From contig JBKJIT010000001.1 in assembly GCA_046598345.1 (NCBI GenBank), forward strand, positions 44,251 to 108,250: a DNA stretch of 64,000 bases, read 5' to 3'. The stretch comes from Minisyncoccia bacterium. GTDB taxonomy: Bacteria > Patescibacteriota > Minisyncoccia > Phycocordibacterales > UBA918. Made by a program: the position numbers and the translations under genes. Below are positions 53,284 to 64,000 of this stretch, piece by piece; position 1 is the stretch's first letter; each line of letters starts with the position of its first letter. The notes beneath the pieces are model-generated. The model did no database searches, was not told where the DNA came from, and was given only the letters and a program-made list of their open reading frames with translations.

Positions 53284-54426
53284 CTATTTGTAGAGCAAAA
53301 GTGTTTTTTGCAGCATCGTTTCTAGATCGAATTCCTTTACAACTTTTTCTGTAAGGTTTTGCGCAAATCGCTCTCGTGATTCTAGATTTGCCATTTCGAG
53401 AAGCCCTGCTTCAAGTGTTTCTGACTCCTTAGGATCAATAAGAATTCCCGAGTGGTGGTCTTCAACAATTTCGGGAATGCCACCCACACGACTTCCAATC
53501 GCTGCGAGTCCGGCAGCACCGGCCTCAATGAGACCATACGGCATGCCTTCCTTAAGAGAGGGAATAACAAACACATCAAAGGCTTTGAGGTATGAGCGAG
53601 CGTTGTCGACGTATCCGGTGAAGTGTACGTACGTCTTGATCCCGGTCTTCTCAACAACCTTTTCAAGTAGCTCCCGGTCTTCACCGTCACCCATAAGAGT
53701 AAGAAATATCTTTGGAAGTTCTGTTTGGTTGTGTGCACGAAGTGCCCCAAGAAGGAAGATAAGATTTTTATTTTGGTTGTGCTCACTTGTTGAGACCGCC
53801 CACATATCCTGTGCGTGTAGAGTAGAAAGCTTATCGCCAAAAATGGCAATGCGCGCTTCGTCGCGTACTTTAAAATCAATGTTCGGCACTGCAGTTTTTA
53901 TCACTGCGAACTTATGCTTCGTAAAAGGAAGAAACGTCCGTCGATGCTCGTATTCTGAAACAACAATTATTGTATTGACAAGAAGTGCAGTAATCCATGA
54001 AAGTGACCAGACGATGCTTTTCCACCAGAGGGGTCGATCTTCCCAAAACGCCCAGCCGTGCGCTGTAAAGATAATTTTTTTAACACCGAGGATTCGGGAA
54101 ACAAGTGCACCAGTACCTCCTGCTTTTGAACTATTTAAATGTATGATGTCCGGCTGAAACGATTTAATGATTTGGGCAAGCTCAAAAATCGACTGGAATT
54201 CCTTTTTAATATTGATATCGCGCTGAAAACTTTCGATGGTAAAGACTGGAATGTTTGCAGCCCGCAGCTTTTCTGTCAAAACCCCAGTACCTCCGCACGC
54301 AACTCTGACATCGTATTCCACTTTGGGAAGGGAGGTCGCCAATTCATATACGTAGCGCTGCGCACCGCCAAAATTTGATTTAGTTATTACGTATAATATT
54401 TTCCTTTTTGAAATGCCCATGCCCAT
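53284..54426 (-). CDS. Glycosyltransferase family 4
   Basis: GGAQRYV, HLNSSKAG, PSLKEGMPYGLIEA, VGGIPEIV. Confidence 0.93.
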   Translation of the reverse strand: MGMGISKRKILYVITKSNFGGAQRYVYELATSLPKVEYDVRVACGGTGVLTEKLRAANIPVFTIESFQRDINIKKEFQSIFELAQIIKSFQPDIIHLNSSKAGGTGALVSRILGVKKIIFTAHGWAFWEDRPLWWKSIVWSLSWITALLVNTIIVVSEYEHRRTFLPFTKHKFAVIKTAVPNIDFKVRDEARIAIFGDKLSTLHAQDMWAVSTSEHNQNKNLIFLLGALRAHNQTELPKIFLTLMGDGEDRELLEKVVEKTGIKTYVHFTGYVDNARSYLKAFDVFVIPSLKEGMPYGLIEAGAAGLAAIGSRVGGIPEIVEDHHSGILIDPKESETLEAGLLEMANLESRERFAQNLTEKVVKEFDLETMLQKTLLLYK

Positions 54427-54522
54427 GTATCATAACTCTCTTCATCATGAAACGGATGCACGTAGTGATTGACACCTGCTTCTCTCACTTGCGTAATTGT
54501 GGCCTTTTCGTATTATAGCTCG

Positions 54523-55881
54523 ATGCATACCTTTGTTCGTGGAAGCACCGTACTCCTTCTTTTGGGCGATATTGTTGTGTTTGCCTGTGCACTCATTCTC
54601 ACACTTTTTGTGAGGTACCAATCAATTCCGTCCTCAGAAATGGTGTCCGTTCACTTACAGGCCTTCCTTGTACTTTTTGCTTTTTGGGTCCTTTCGTTTC
54701 TCATAACAGGGCTGTATGACCGGTATATTTCCCTTGTCCGTAAGAGCATTCCCTCCCTCGTACTCAAAGTCCAATTCTTTAATGTGCTACTTGCTGCGCT
54801 TCTGTTTTTTGCATTTCCGTTTGGTATTGAGCCAAAGACGAATCTTATTATCTATCTCATTATTTCATCAGCACTCATCATTGTGTGGCGCCTGTATCTC
54901 TACCCGGTCTTAGTAACGGGGAAGCCTATGCGAGCGCTGGTTATTGGGGACAGTGCGGAGGCAATGCAGATTGCGCGCGTATTCTCATCAAACCCATTTT
55001 TTAAGAATATAAAATCTTTTCTCCTTACACAGAAGGACATTCCTAATTTTGAAGAATTTCGTGCCGCACTTATTCGTTTCGCAAAGGAGGATTCGACCGA
55101 CATGGTTATTGCGGACATGCGGGACGAGTATGCAAAGCGCCTTACGAAAGATTTTTATGCGCTTGCATTTGAAAATACAAATATTCGCTTTTTTAATCTA
55201 CCTGCAATCTATGAACATTTGCAGCATCGAGTACCGCCATCCTTAGTTGAAGAAAGTTGGCTCCTCGAGAATGTGACAACGGGCGCTCCGCACTACGCGT
55301 ACGATGTGTTGAAGCGGTTCATTGATGTCTGCGGGGCGGCGGTTCTTTTTCTTCCATCCCTTCTTGTATTTCCATTTATTATTGCAGCAATTAAGCTTGA
55401 GGATCGTGGACCTGTTCTCTATACCGCAGAACGGGTGGGGCAGTATAACCGCGTTATCAAGATCTTTAAATTTCGCACCATGACGGGGCGTGATGAGGCA
55501 AAGGATGCACTAAAAAGTACGCTACGAGCGACGCGCGTAGGAAAAATCCTGCGCATGACGCGTCTTGATGAACTTCCGCAACTTCTTAATATTTTAAAAG
55601 GAGATCTCTCATTCATTGGACCCCGCCCTGAGATCCCATCGCTCGTAGCAGTCTATACCGAGAATATTCCATACTACACGCTGCGCCATCTCACGAAGCC
55701 GGGCCTCTCTGGTTGGGCGCAGATCAATAACTTTGATGTCCCCCGTGGAGGTGTTGATATTCCGCGCACCATCGACAAGCTTTCATTTGATCTCTATTAT
55801 CTGAAGCATCGATCCCTTCTTTTGGATATTGAAATTGCTCTTAAAACAATAAATACGCTCCTCATGCGGAGTGGAACCTGA
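54523..55881 (+). CDS. Polyprenyl-phosphate sugar phosphotransferase (WbaP/WcaJ family)
   Basis: KFRTM, LDELPQLLNILKGDLSFIGPRPE, KPGLSGWAQ. Confidence 0.93.
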   Translation: MHTFVRGSTVLLLLGDIVVFACALILTLFVRYQSIPSSEMVSVHLQAFLVLFAFWVLSFLITGLYDRYISLVRKSIPSLVLKVQFFNVLLAALLFFAFPFGIEPKTNLIIYLIISSALIIVWRLYLYPVLVTGKPMRALVIGDSAEAMQIARVFSSNPFFKNIKSFLLTQKDIPNFEEFRAALIRFAKEDSTDMVIADMRDEYAKRLTKDFYALAFENTNIRFFNLPAIYEHLQHRVPPSLVEESWLLENVTTGAPHYAYDVLKRFIDVCGAAVLFLPSLLVFPFIIAAIKLEDRGPVLYTAERVGQYNRVIKIFKFRTMTGRDEAKDALKSTLRATRVGKILRMTRLDELPQLLNILKGDLSFIGPRPEIPSLVAVYTENIPYYTLRHLTKPGLSGWAQINNFDVPRGGVDIPRTIDKLSFDLYYLKHRSLLLDIEIALKTINTLLMRSGT

Positions 55882-55932
55882 GTGTAGGTCACTGCGTTAC
55901 AATCCTGTATACTCGTGTAAATAATCTGTATC

Positions 55933-56838
55933 ATGTCAAAATATCTTGTAACCGGAGGAGCGGGTTTTATCGGAACGAATCTGACTGAGCGGCTTGTTCG
56001 TGACGGGCACGAGGTGATTGTTGTGGATGATCTCAGTGGGGGAAAGAAAGAGCGATTACCAAAGGAAGTCATCTTCCACGAACTTGATATTTGCAATACC
56101 GAAAAACTTACTGAAGTAATGAAAGATGTCGATGTCATTGTTCACCTTGCGGCACTTCCGCGTGTTCAGTTTTCTATTGAACATCCATTTGAGGCGCAAC
56201 GAGTAAACGTGGACGGAACGCTTTCAGTAATCGAGGCTGCACGGCAGGTCGGAGTAAAACGAGTAGTATATGCAGCTTCAAGTTCTGCATATGGCGATCA
56301 GGAAACGATGCCGTTAACGGAAGATCTGCCAGCGCAACCAAAAAGTCCTTACGGCCTTCACAAATATTATGGTGAATTGCTCATGAGATTGTGGTCAGAT
56401 ATTCATGGTCTTGAGACCGTGTCACTCCGTTTTTTTAATGTGTACGGCCCTCACCTGGATCCGGATGGGGCGTATGCGCTTGTTATTGGGCGCTTCCTTA
56501 AATTGCGTAAAGAGGGTAAGCCTATGACTATAACGGGGGATGGTGAACAGACACGCGATTTTACCCACGTGTTCGATGTTGTTGATGCGATTGTGCGAGC
56601 GAGTGAAAGCGATAAGGTAGGAAAGGGGGAGGTGTTTAATGTAGGCGCTGGAAGAAATGCGTCTATCAATGAGGTTACTACACTTATTGGAGGGGAAGTG
56701 GAATATGTTCCAGCTCGCATCGAGCCAAAGCATACGCTCGCAGACAATTCCTACATTCGAACAGTCCTCGACTGGCAGCCTACCATTACGTTCGAAGAAG
56801 GAATCGCAAATCTCAAAAAGGAATTTAATATTGAATGA
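55933..56838 (+). CDS. NAD-dependent sugar-nucleotide epimerase/dehydratase
   Basis: TGGAGFIG, YGLHK, RFFNVYGP, GDGEQTRDF. Confidence 0.95.
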   Translation: MSKYLVTGGAGFIGTNLTERLVRDGHEVIVVDDLSGGKKERLPKEVIFHELDICNTEKLTEVMKDVDVIVHLAALPRVQFSIEHPFEAQRVNVDGTLSVIEAARQVGVKRVVYAASSSAYGDQETMPLTEDLPAQPKSPYGLHKYYGELLMRLWSDIHGLETVSLRFFNVYGPHLDPDGAYALVIGRFLKLRKEGKPMTITGDGEQTRDFTHVFDVVDAIVRASESDKVGKGEVFNVGAGRNASINEVTTLIGGEVEYVPARIEPKHTLADNSYIRTVLDWQPTITFEEGIANLKKEFNIE

Positions 56839-57626
56839 TTGTAGACGGAAAGAAAATCGCTGAAAAAATATACAGCAAGATTCGAAATGAAGTCGAGCTT
56901 TTATCGCATACCCCTCGACTTGCAATTATTACCTGTGCGCCTACTTTTGAAACACAAAAGTATTTAGATCTTAAAAAGAAAAAGGCCACAGAAGTTGGGA
57001 TCGCAACAGGTATCATTCATTTGCCAGAAGAAAGCACGACAGAGGATTTCCAGAAAATTATTGCTCATACTGTTAGTGAGAGTGATGGAATCATTGTGCA
57101 GTTGCCACTTCCTCAAGGAATTGACATACGTGTGGTGCTCAACACAGTTCCTCCGTCACATGATGTAGATGCTCTCAATCAAGAATCAACACACGTGCTT
57201 CCCCCAGTCGTAGGTGCCATTGAAGAAATTCTGGGTACGTATGAAGTGAGTTCTTTTAATAAGCATGTCACGATCTTAGGAAGCGGCCGGCTCGTCGGAG
57301 TTCCCGCATCACAATGGTTTGAATCCCACGGCTCGTACGTAAGTATTGTGACGAAAGAAACAGAAGATATTTCATTCTACACAAAAAATGCAGACATCAT
57401 CGTATGTGGTACAGGAGTGCCGGGACTCCTCCTACCATCTATGATTAAAGACGGGGTTATGATTCTTGACGCGGGGACTTCTGAGGAAAGGGGGCTTTTG
57501 AAGGGAGATGCAGATCCAGCATGTGCTGAAAAGGCGTCTTTATTCACTCCGGTCCCGGGCGGCATCGGTCCCGTTACGGTTGCTGTACTCCTTCGAAATC
57601 TTATTGTCTTAATGAAGAAGGAGTAA
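56835..57626 (+). CDS. folD: Methylene-THF dehydrogenase/cyclohydrolase
   Basis: IVQLPLP, HDVD, G.LVG.P, TPVPGGIGPVTV. Confidence 0.93.
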   Translation: MIVDGKKIAEKIYSKIRNEVELLSHTPRLAIITCAPTFETQKYLDLKKKKATEVGIATGIIHLPEESTTEDFQKIIAHTVSESDGIIVQLPLPQGIDIRVVLNTVPPSHDVDALNQESTHVLPPVVGAIEEILGTYEVSSFNKHVTILGSGRLVGVPASQWFESHGSYVSIVTKETEDISFYTKNADIIVCGTGVPGLLLPSMIKDGVMILDAGTSEERGLLKGDADPACAEKASLFTPVPGGIGPVTVAVLLRNLIVLMKKE

Positions 57627-57661
57627 TTTTTGTGCTATAGTACGTCCCATATTTTGCACCT

Positions 57662-59035
57662 ATGTCACAGGAAACTAATGAAGGAAGAAATTCAGAAGGG
57701 GTAATTCGAATATTTCGAGCGATCATTATGATCGCCCTCGGCGCGCTTGTCGCTTACTTTGTGTACACTTCAACGCTGAATCCAGCGAGTAATTACCCAT
57801 TTAAGTTCGGTCTCGATCTTGCAGGGGGGAGTCAACTAACCTACGTCGCTGATGTTTCTAAAATAAACCCAACCGACGTACCGGAGCTCATGAGTGTGCT
57901 CCGCGAAGTTATTGAGCGACGTGTAAACGTGTTTGGTGTTTCAGAGCCAAATGTGCAGGTTGAAACAAGTAGTTTTGTGACAGAGAATCCCGAACAGCGA
58001 CTCATTGTTGAACTCCCTGGGGTGACTGACATCGATGAGGCCATTAAACAGATTGGTCAAACTCCACTCCTTGAATTTAAGCTCGTGGATGAGGAAGCAC
58101 TCGCTGCACTCACATCATCAAGCACGATAGAGGAGGCAATGGCTGCATACACAGACTCTGGCCTCACCGGAAGGTACCTAAAGCGTGCCGAGCTCGTATT
58201 CGGGAACGGAAGCCAGGGCGGACTTTCAAATGAACCAATCGTAAGCATTGAATTTAACGAAGAGGGGGGAGACCTCTTTGAACAAATCACAAGAGACAAC
58301 GTTGGAGAAAACCTCGCAATCTTCCTTGATGGTGCAATAGTTTCCTCTCCTCGCATAAATGAAGCGATTTCGGGTGGGAAGGCAGTCATTTCTGGAAATT
58401 TCGCACTTGAGGAAGCCCGCCAACTTGTTCGCAATTTGAACTTTGGTGCGCTGCCGGTACCGATTGCGATTGATAGTACACAGACCATAGGTTCCACCTT
58501 GGGTGAAGAAGCGCTCCGTGCCGGAGTGTATGCGGGCGGTGTTGGTTTTGCACTCCTCTCCTTGTTTATGATTCTCTGGTATCGCCTCCCAGGCGTCATT
58601 GCTGTATTGGCACTCTGTCTCTACGTACTCATGATGCTCGCGCTTTTCAAGCTCATCCCGGTCGTGCTTACTGCTGCAGGTATCGCTGGGCTCATTCTAT
58701 CGATAGGGCTTGCCGTCGATGCGAACGTGCTTATTGCAGAGCGTATCAAGGAAGAACTCCGTGCAGGGAAGTCTGTTGACGAAGCAATTCGTGAAGGATT
58801 TGCGCGCGCGTGGCTCGCGATTCGTGATTCGAATATCGCTCACATTATTGCAGGAGTTATTTTGTATTGGTTTGGGACCGCCCTCATTAAGGGTTTTGCG
58901 CTCGTTTTCGGTATTGGAGTGCTTGTTTCCATGTTTTCGGCAATAACCATTTCGCGCACGTTCCTCATTGCACTTCCAATTCGCGCCGACACTCCTATCG
59001 GAAAATTCCTTATGAGTTCAGGTATTTCAAAGTAA
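57662..59035 (+). CDS. secD: Protein translocase SecD
   Basis: GLDLAGG, RRVNVFGVSEP, GLAVDANVLIAERIKEE, AIRDSN. Confidence 0.97.
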   Translation: MSQETNEGRNSEGVIRIFRAIIMIALGALVAYFVYTSTLNPASNYPFKFGLDLAGGSQLTYVADVSKINPTDVPELMSVLREVIERRVNVFGVSEPNVQVETSSFVTENPEQRLIVELPGVTDIDEAIKQIGQTPLLEFKLVDEEALAALTSSSTIEEAMAAYTDSGLTGRYLKRAELVFGNGSQGGLSNEPIVSIEFNEEGGDLFEQITRDNVGENLAIFLDGAIVSSPRINEAISGGKAVISGNFALEEARQLVRNLNFGALPVPIAIDSTQTIGSTLGEEALRAGVYAGGVGFALLSLFMILWYRLPGVIAVLALCLYVLMMLALFKLIPVVLTAAGIAGLILSIGLAVDANVLIAERIKEELRAGKSVDEAIREGFARAWLAIRDSNIAHIIAGVILYWFGTALIKGFALVFGIGVLVSMFSAITISRTFLIALPIRADTPIGKFLMSSGISK

Positions 59036-59037
59036 TT

Positions 59038-59955
59038 ATGAATCTTAAACGGTATCAGTCACACTTTTTTGTACTTCCAGGGATTTTCGCGGTGCTCGCA
59101 ATCATAGCGATTCTTATGTGGGGACTCAAGCCTGGTATCGATCTTAAGGGAGGTGCCCTTCTTGAGATTGAATATCCAAACGGACGGCCAGAGGTGAGTG
59201 CAATTGAAGAAAAGGTCGCGCCGCTCAACCTTGGCGAGGTGCGTATTCAACCTTCCGGAGAGAAGAGTTTTATTCTTCGAGAACGGGCGCTGACCATAGA
59301 AGAAAAAGAATCACTTGATAGTGCACTCGCTTCGCTCGGCGAAGTCACTGAGGTGCAATACACCTCAGTTGGTCCTTCCATCGGTAATGAAATCATTAGT
59401 AAGGCGTGGTGGGCAATTGCGCTGGTAACAATTTCCATTATTCTCTTTATTGCCTTTGCATTTCGCCATGTGTCGAAGCCGGTTTCATCCTGGAAATATG
59501 GAATTGTTGCGATTGTGACACTCCTCCATGACATTCTCATTCCAACGGGACTCTTTGCGTACTTGGGCTATGCTCGTGGCGCAGAAGTTGGCTCACTTTT
59601 TATTGTTGCCCTCCTTACTATTTTGGGGATTTCGATCAACGACACCATTGTGATCTTCGACCGTATTCGTGAAAACCTAAGCATCAACGAAAAGAAAGGA
59701 CGGCATGAATCCTATGCTGATGTGGTCTGGCGCAGTATTACACAAACTATGACACGCTCGATCAACACATCGCTTACTGTCATTATCATGCTCGCTGCAC
59801 TCTTTTACGCTGGTCCGGAATCGACGAAGGATTTTGCACTTACACTCATTGTTGGTATGATCGCCGGAACGTACTCATCCATCTTCCTTGCGAGTCCCTT
59901 GCTCGTCTATATCGAGAAGTATCAGAAGAAAGATAAAGAAAAGTCACAAGCATGA
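59038..59955 (+). CDS. secF: Protein translocase SecF
   Basis: GIDLKGG, SINDTIVIFDRIREN, RSINTS, GTYSSIFLASP. Confidence 0.97.
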   Translation: MNLKRYQSHFFVLPGIFAVLAIIAILMWGLKPGIDLKGGALLEIEYPNGRPEVSAIEEKVAPLNLGEVRIQPSGEKSFILRERALTIEEKESLDSALASLGEVTEVQYTSVGPSIGNEIISKAWWAIALVTISIILFIAFAFRHVSKPVSSWKYGIVAIVTLLHDILIPTGLFAYLGYARGAEVGSLFIVALLTILGISINDTIVIFDRIRENLSINEKKGRHESYADVVWRSITQTMTRSINTSLTVIIMLAALFYAGPESTKDFALTLIVGMIAGTYSSIFLASPLLVYIEKYQKKDKEKSQA

Positions 59956-60512
59956 TTCTTGGTATTGCAGGAACTATTGGTGCAGGTAAAGGAACGGTTG
60001 TTGAATATTTGGTAGAGAAGAAGGGTTTTGCGCACTACTCAAGCTCAGGTCTCCTCAAAGAAATGTTATTGGAAAAGGGTGAGGTTGTAGATCGTGATTC
60101 AATGGCGAAACTTGCAAGGGAAATACGTGCAAAAGATCCGAATGGAATGCCCAGACTTACATACGAGCGACTTACAAAAGACAATCATCAAGACGCTATT
60201 CTTGAGGCGTTGCATACGGTCGGCGAAGCAGAATTTGTGAGAAGTATAGGTGGCATCATTCTGGGAGTTGATGCTGATATCAATATTCGGTATGAACGAA
60301 TTAGTAAGCGGGGAAGTGAAAAGGATAATGTTTCCTACGAAAAATTCCAGGAACAGGCAAGGCGGGAAGACGACGGCGCTTCTGATGCTTCGGGCCATAA
60401 TATTCGGGGTGTAGTCAACACAGCTGACTACACGATCTTGAATAACGGTTCCCTCGAAGAACTTCACTCCCAGATTGATGCAATTCTCTTACAGATCGAA
60501 GCTTCACGGTAG
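59952..60512 (+). CDS. P-loop nucleotide kinase (archaeal dephospho-CoA-kinase-like AAA family)
   Basis: GTIGAGKGT, RYERISKRG, ADYTILNNGSLEEL. Confidence 0.7.
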   Translation: MILGIAGTIGAGKGTVVEYLVEKKGFAHYSSSGLLKEMLLEKGEVVDRDSMAKLAREIRAKDPNGMPRLTYERLTKDNHQDAILEALHTVGEAEFVRSIGGIILGVDADINIRYERISKRGSEKDNVSYEKFQEQARREDDGASDASGHNIRGVVNTADYTILNNGSLEELHSQIDAILLQIEASR

Positions 60513-60587
60513 TCCTCCTCTTCATATTTCCAAGGAACGCGGGGCAGGGTACACTTATGAAGACTTTTATACATTAACCTAGACAGC

Positions 60588-60998
60588 ATGAACTGGTTTA
60601 TTGATCCCATAAAGACTCATTATGTCGATTTTGATGGAAGAGCGATGCGAAAGCCATTTTGGCTCTTTACGCTCATCAGCATTGTTATCAGTTCTATCCT
60701 AGATATGGTGGATGGCTCTACTGCCCCGTCTATTCTTTCTGGAGTTTTCTCACTGGCCATATTACTTCCTAGTCTTGCAATTGGTGGGAGACGTCTCCAT
60801 GACACCGGGCGAAGCGGTTGGTGGCAGCTCCTCTGGTTCGTTCCAATTGTTGGATGGATTATTTTGATTGTGTGGCTCGCAACTGATAGTACTGCTGATA
60901 CCAAATATGGTCCTAATCCAAAGGGAGTCACCCCAGAGCCTGTACAGACACCAGCTTCTGTGACAGAAGTTACCCCAACTACACCCGCTGCAAACTAA
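60588..60998 (+). CDS. DUF805 membrane protein
   Basis: F.GRA.RK.FW, RRLHDTGRSGWW, YGPNPK. Confidence 0.93.
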   Translation: MNWFIDPIKTHYVDFDGRAMRKPFWLFTLISIVISSILDMVDGSTAPSILSGVFSLAILLPSLAIGGRRLHDTGRSGWWQLLWFVPIVGWIILIVWLATDSTADTKYGPNPKGVTPEPVQTPASVTEVTPTTPAAN

Positions 60999-61004
60999 CG
61001 ACAT

Positions 61005-61050
61005 AGATACTAAAAAACACTGCCGTTTCCAGCAGTGTTTTTTAGTATCT
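61005..61050. terminator. Bidirectional terminator
   Basis: tactaaaaaacactgc...gcagtgttttttagta between convergent genes. Confidence 0.8.
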
Positions 61051-61747
61051 ATGAATGAATGCGCGTACCAATAAACGGTTCGCCTTCCAAGTACTTTTCA
61101 ATTTCTTCTGGCTTCTTACCATTGATGATGACGACTTCAATGTGAGCCGCTTCCGCCTCGCGCGCAGCGACCGGATCGAATGGGGAAGAGAGTCCAGGAT
61201 TCCATTCAGTTGGAATTAATTTTAAAAACTCGTGCCAGGTAATATCCTCGATTTTTTCTGCAGTAAGATCAGTGCGTGGATCTGCAGTGTAGACATAATT
61301 GATGTTTGAGAGATTCATGAGTTTTGTCGCCCCACGGTGTTTTGCAATTTGTACCGCGCGAAGATCAGTCGATGACCCAGGACGATACCCCGCTGCGATA
61401 ACGAGCGGTGTTGCTCTGGGTACGTCGATGATGTCATCAGGGTTCGTGATCATAACAGGGTGTGCGATGTCGCGAAAGATCGTGCGGAGCAAATGTCCAT
61501 TGAGGCGCGTTGCATGAATACCCATCCAGTCAATGTCCTCAGGATCAAGTTCCGAAACTGAGCCTGCTGCTTCTTGATAACGCCGAGCAGTCTTTCCACC
61601 TCCTGCGATTATAATAAAATGTCGCCCATACGCGGCGATCTGATGTTCAATAAGCGCCTTTAGATCGGAGAGAAACGAAGTGTCTATTTGATCGGGAACA
61701 ATGAGTGAACCCCCGACCGACATAACCACTGTTTCTTCACGCTGCAT
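61049..61747 (-). CDS. pyrH: UMP kinase, archaeal type
   Basis: VMSVGGSL, GGGKTARRYQ, D.MGIHATRLN, PGSSTD, PFDPVA. Confidence 0.9.
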   Translation of the reverse strand: MQREETVVMSVGGSLIVPDQIDTSFLSDLKALIEHQIAAYGRHFIIIAGGGKTARRYQEAAGSVSELDPEDIDWMGIHATRLNGHLLRTIFRDIAHPVMITNPDDIIDVPRATPLVIAAGYRPGSSTDLRAVQIAKHRGATKLMNLSNINYVYTADPRTDLTAEKIEDITWHEFLKLIPTEWNPGLSSPFDPVAAREAEAAHIEVVIINGKKPEEIEKYLEGEPFIGTRIHS

Positions 61748-61857
61748 TAGGGATTAGTTTACCCTCTAGGAAGGTCATTGGGAAGGGAGTTTTGTGTATT
61801 GTGCTAGGTGTTTAAAGCACCTCTGAAAACGGCCTATTCATTAGCTCGCACAAGGTC

Positions 61858-61885
61858 TTGACCTTTCTTTTTAGACCTGTATAAT
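61858..61885 (+). promoter_or_regulatory. Sigma70 promoter of the stand-alone 16S gene
   Basis: TTGACC-16-TATAAT. Confidence 0.8.
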
Positions 61886-62255
61886 AGCCCCACTGTCCTG
61901 ATCTGGGACATTTTTATTGCCCCGGATTTTGGAGGATAGATGTCATTTGATAACGTTGTATGAAGGTCATACAATTGCATATCGTTCGATCAGTCGTACC
62001 TTTACGATTGGTTGAACAAAACGTATATGTTGCATAAGCAATGTCATTTTGACATTCATATGAAACGGTACGCATCACAAGAATTTGTCGAAAGACAAGT
62101 TCGAAATAAGGCAGAAGTTGATTACAAATATTTTGTATTTTCTTTTGTCTTATCCTTAGGAAATCGTTAAATAGTGATTTGAGAAAAAGTACACTCATCA
62201 CAATACATTTAACAAACAAGATGCACTCAGCCCTTAAAAGCTGAAGCAACTTGTC

Positions 62256-63715
<1,460 letters not shown>

Positions 63716-63914
63716 TTGGATACGTCGTTGCAATCTGGTAACAGAGAGCGAATAACGGCTAATTGGTCGACATTATGTGCCTCAATTGAGCACATAATAT
63801 GGGATGATACTCAACCTCAAAGATAGTATCTGTACTCTACGGAAAGACGTAGCCAAAGGATAAGACAAAAGAGAACACAAACGTTCTGTCGGTGATGATA
63901 TACAGTACAGAAAA

Positions 63915-63949
63915 CAAAAGACCCGATCGCGAAGCGATCGGGTCTTTTG
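63915..63949 (+). terminator. Terminator after 16S
   Basis: caaaagacccgatcgc-gaa-gcgatcgggtcttttg. Confidence 0.85.
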
Positions 63950-64000
63950 CGTACCTCTTTACCTTGGCCTCATCTGCATGTAGTCAGGCACAATGGGATT

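Noticed and set aside
61914-62249. 111-aa minus-strand ORF upstream of 16S
   Set aside because: Lies antisense within the 16S leader between promoter and mature 5' end; no protein motifs.

Overview
Chromosomal segment of a Candidate Phyla Radiation bacterium (Patescibacteria, most likely Parcubacteria). The placement is inferred from the divergent 16S/23S rRNA, unlinked rRNA genes, rplK without a following rplA, rpsR without rplI, an archaeal-type PyrH and a dimeric GlyRS. Most of the window is housekeeping: nrdB, secE-nusG-rplK, a folA/CYTH/dcd/thyA/glyA thymidylate cluster, argS/ileS/glyQS/metG, rpsF-ssb-rpsR, efp, recA, ftsK, rplJL, rodA, folD, secDF, pyrH. It also holds a 23S-5S unit and a separate 16S gene. 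Most unusual signals: (1) the 16S 3' tail lacks the CCUCC anti-Shine-Dalgarno and the core genes checked are SD-less or leaderless, yet nine scattered accessory/orphan ORFs carry strong SD motifs; (2) a tRNA-shaped RNA between 23S and 5S with a 102-nt structured D-loop insert and a non-canonical anticodon loop; (3) a 196-nt group-I-like insertion at 23S position 1931 that contains antisense to helix 69 and to its own ligated junction; (4) a leaderless uORF attenuator controlling a small Cys/Arg-rich orphan; (5) palindrome-bounded single-gene cassettes (a TrpR-like gene and a REP-associated tyrosine transposase); (6) IleRS with an inserted histidine-phosphatase domain and a catalytically dead M14 peptidase paralogue. 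All calls come from reading the sequence; no database searches were run.
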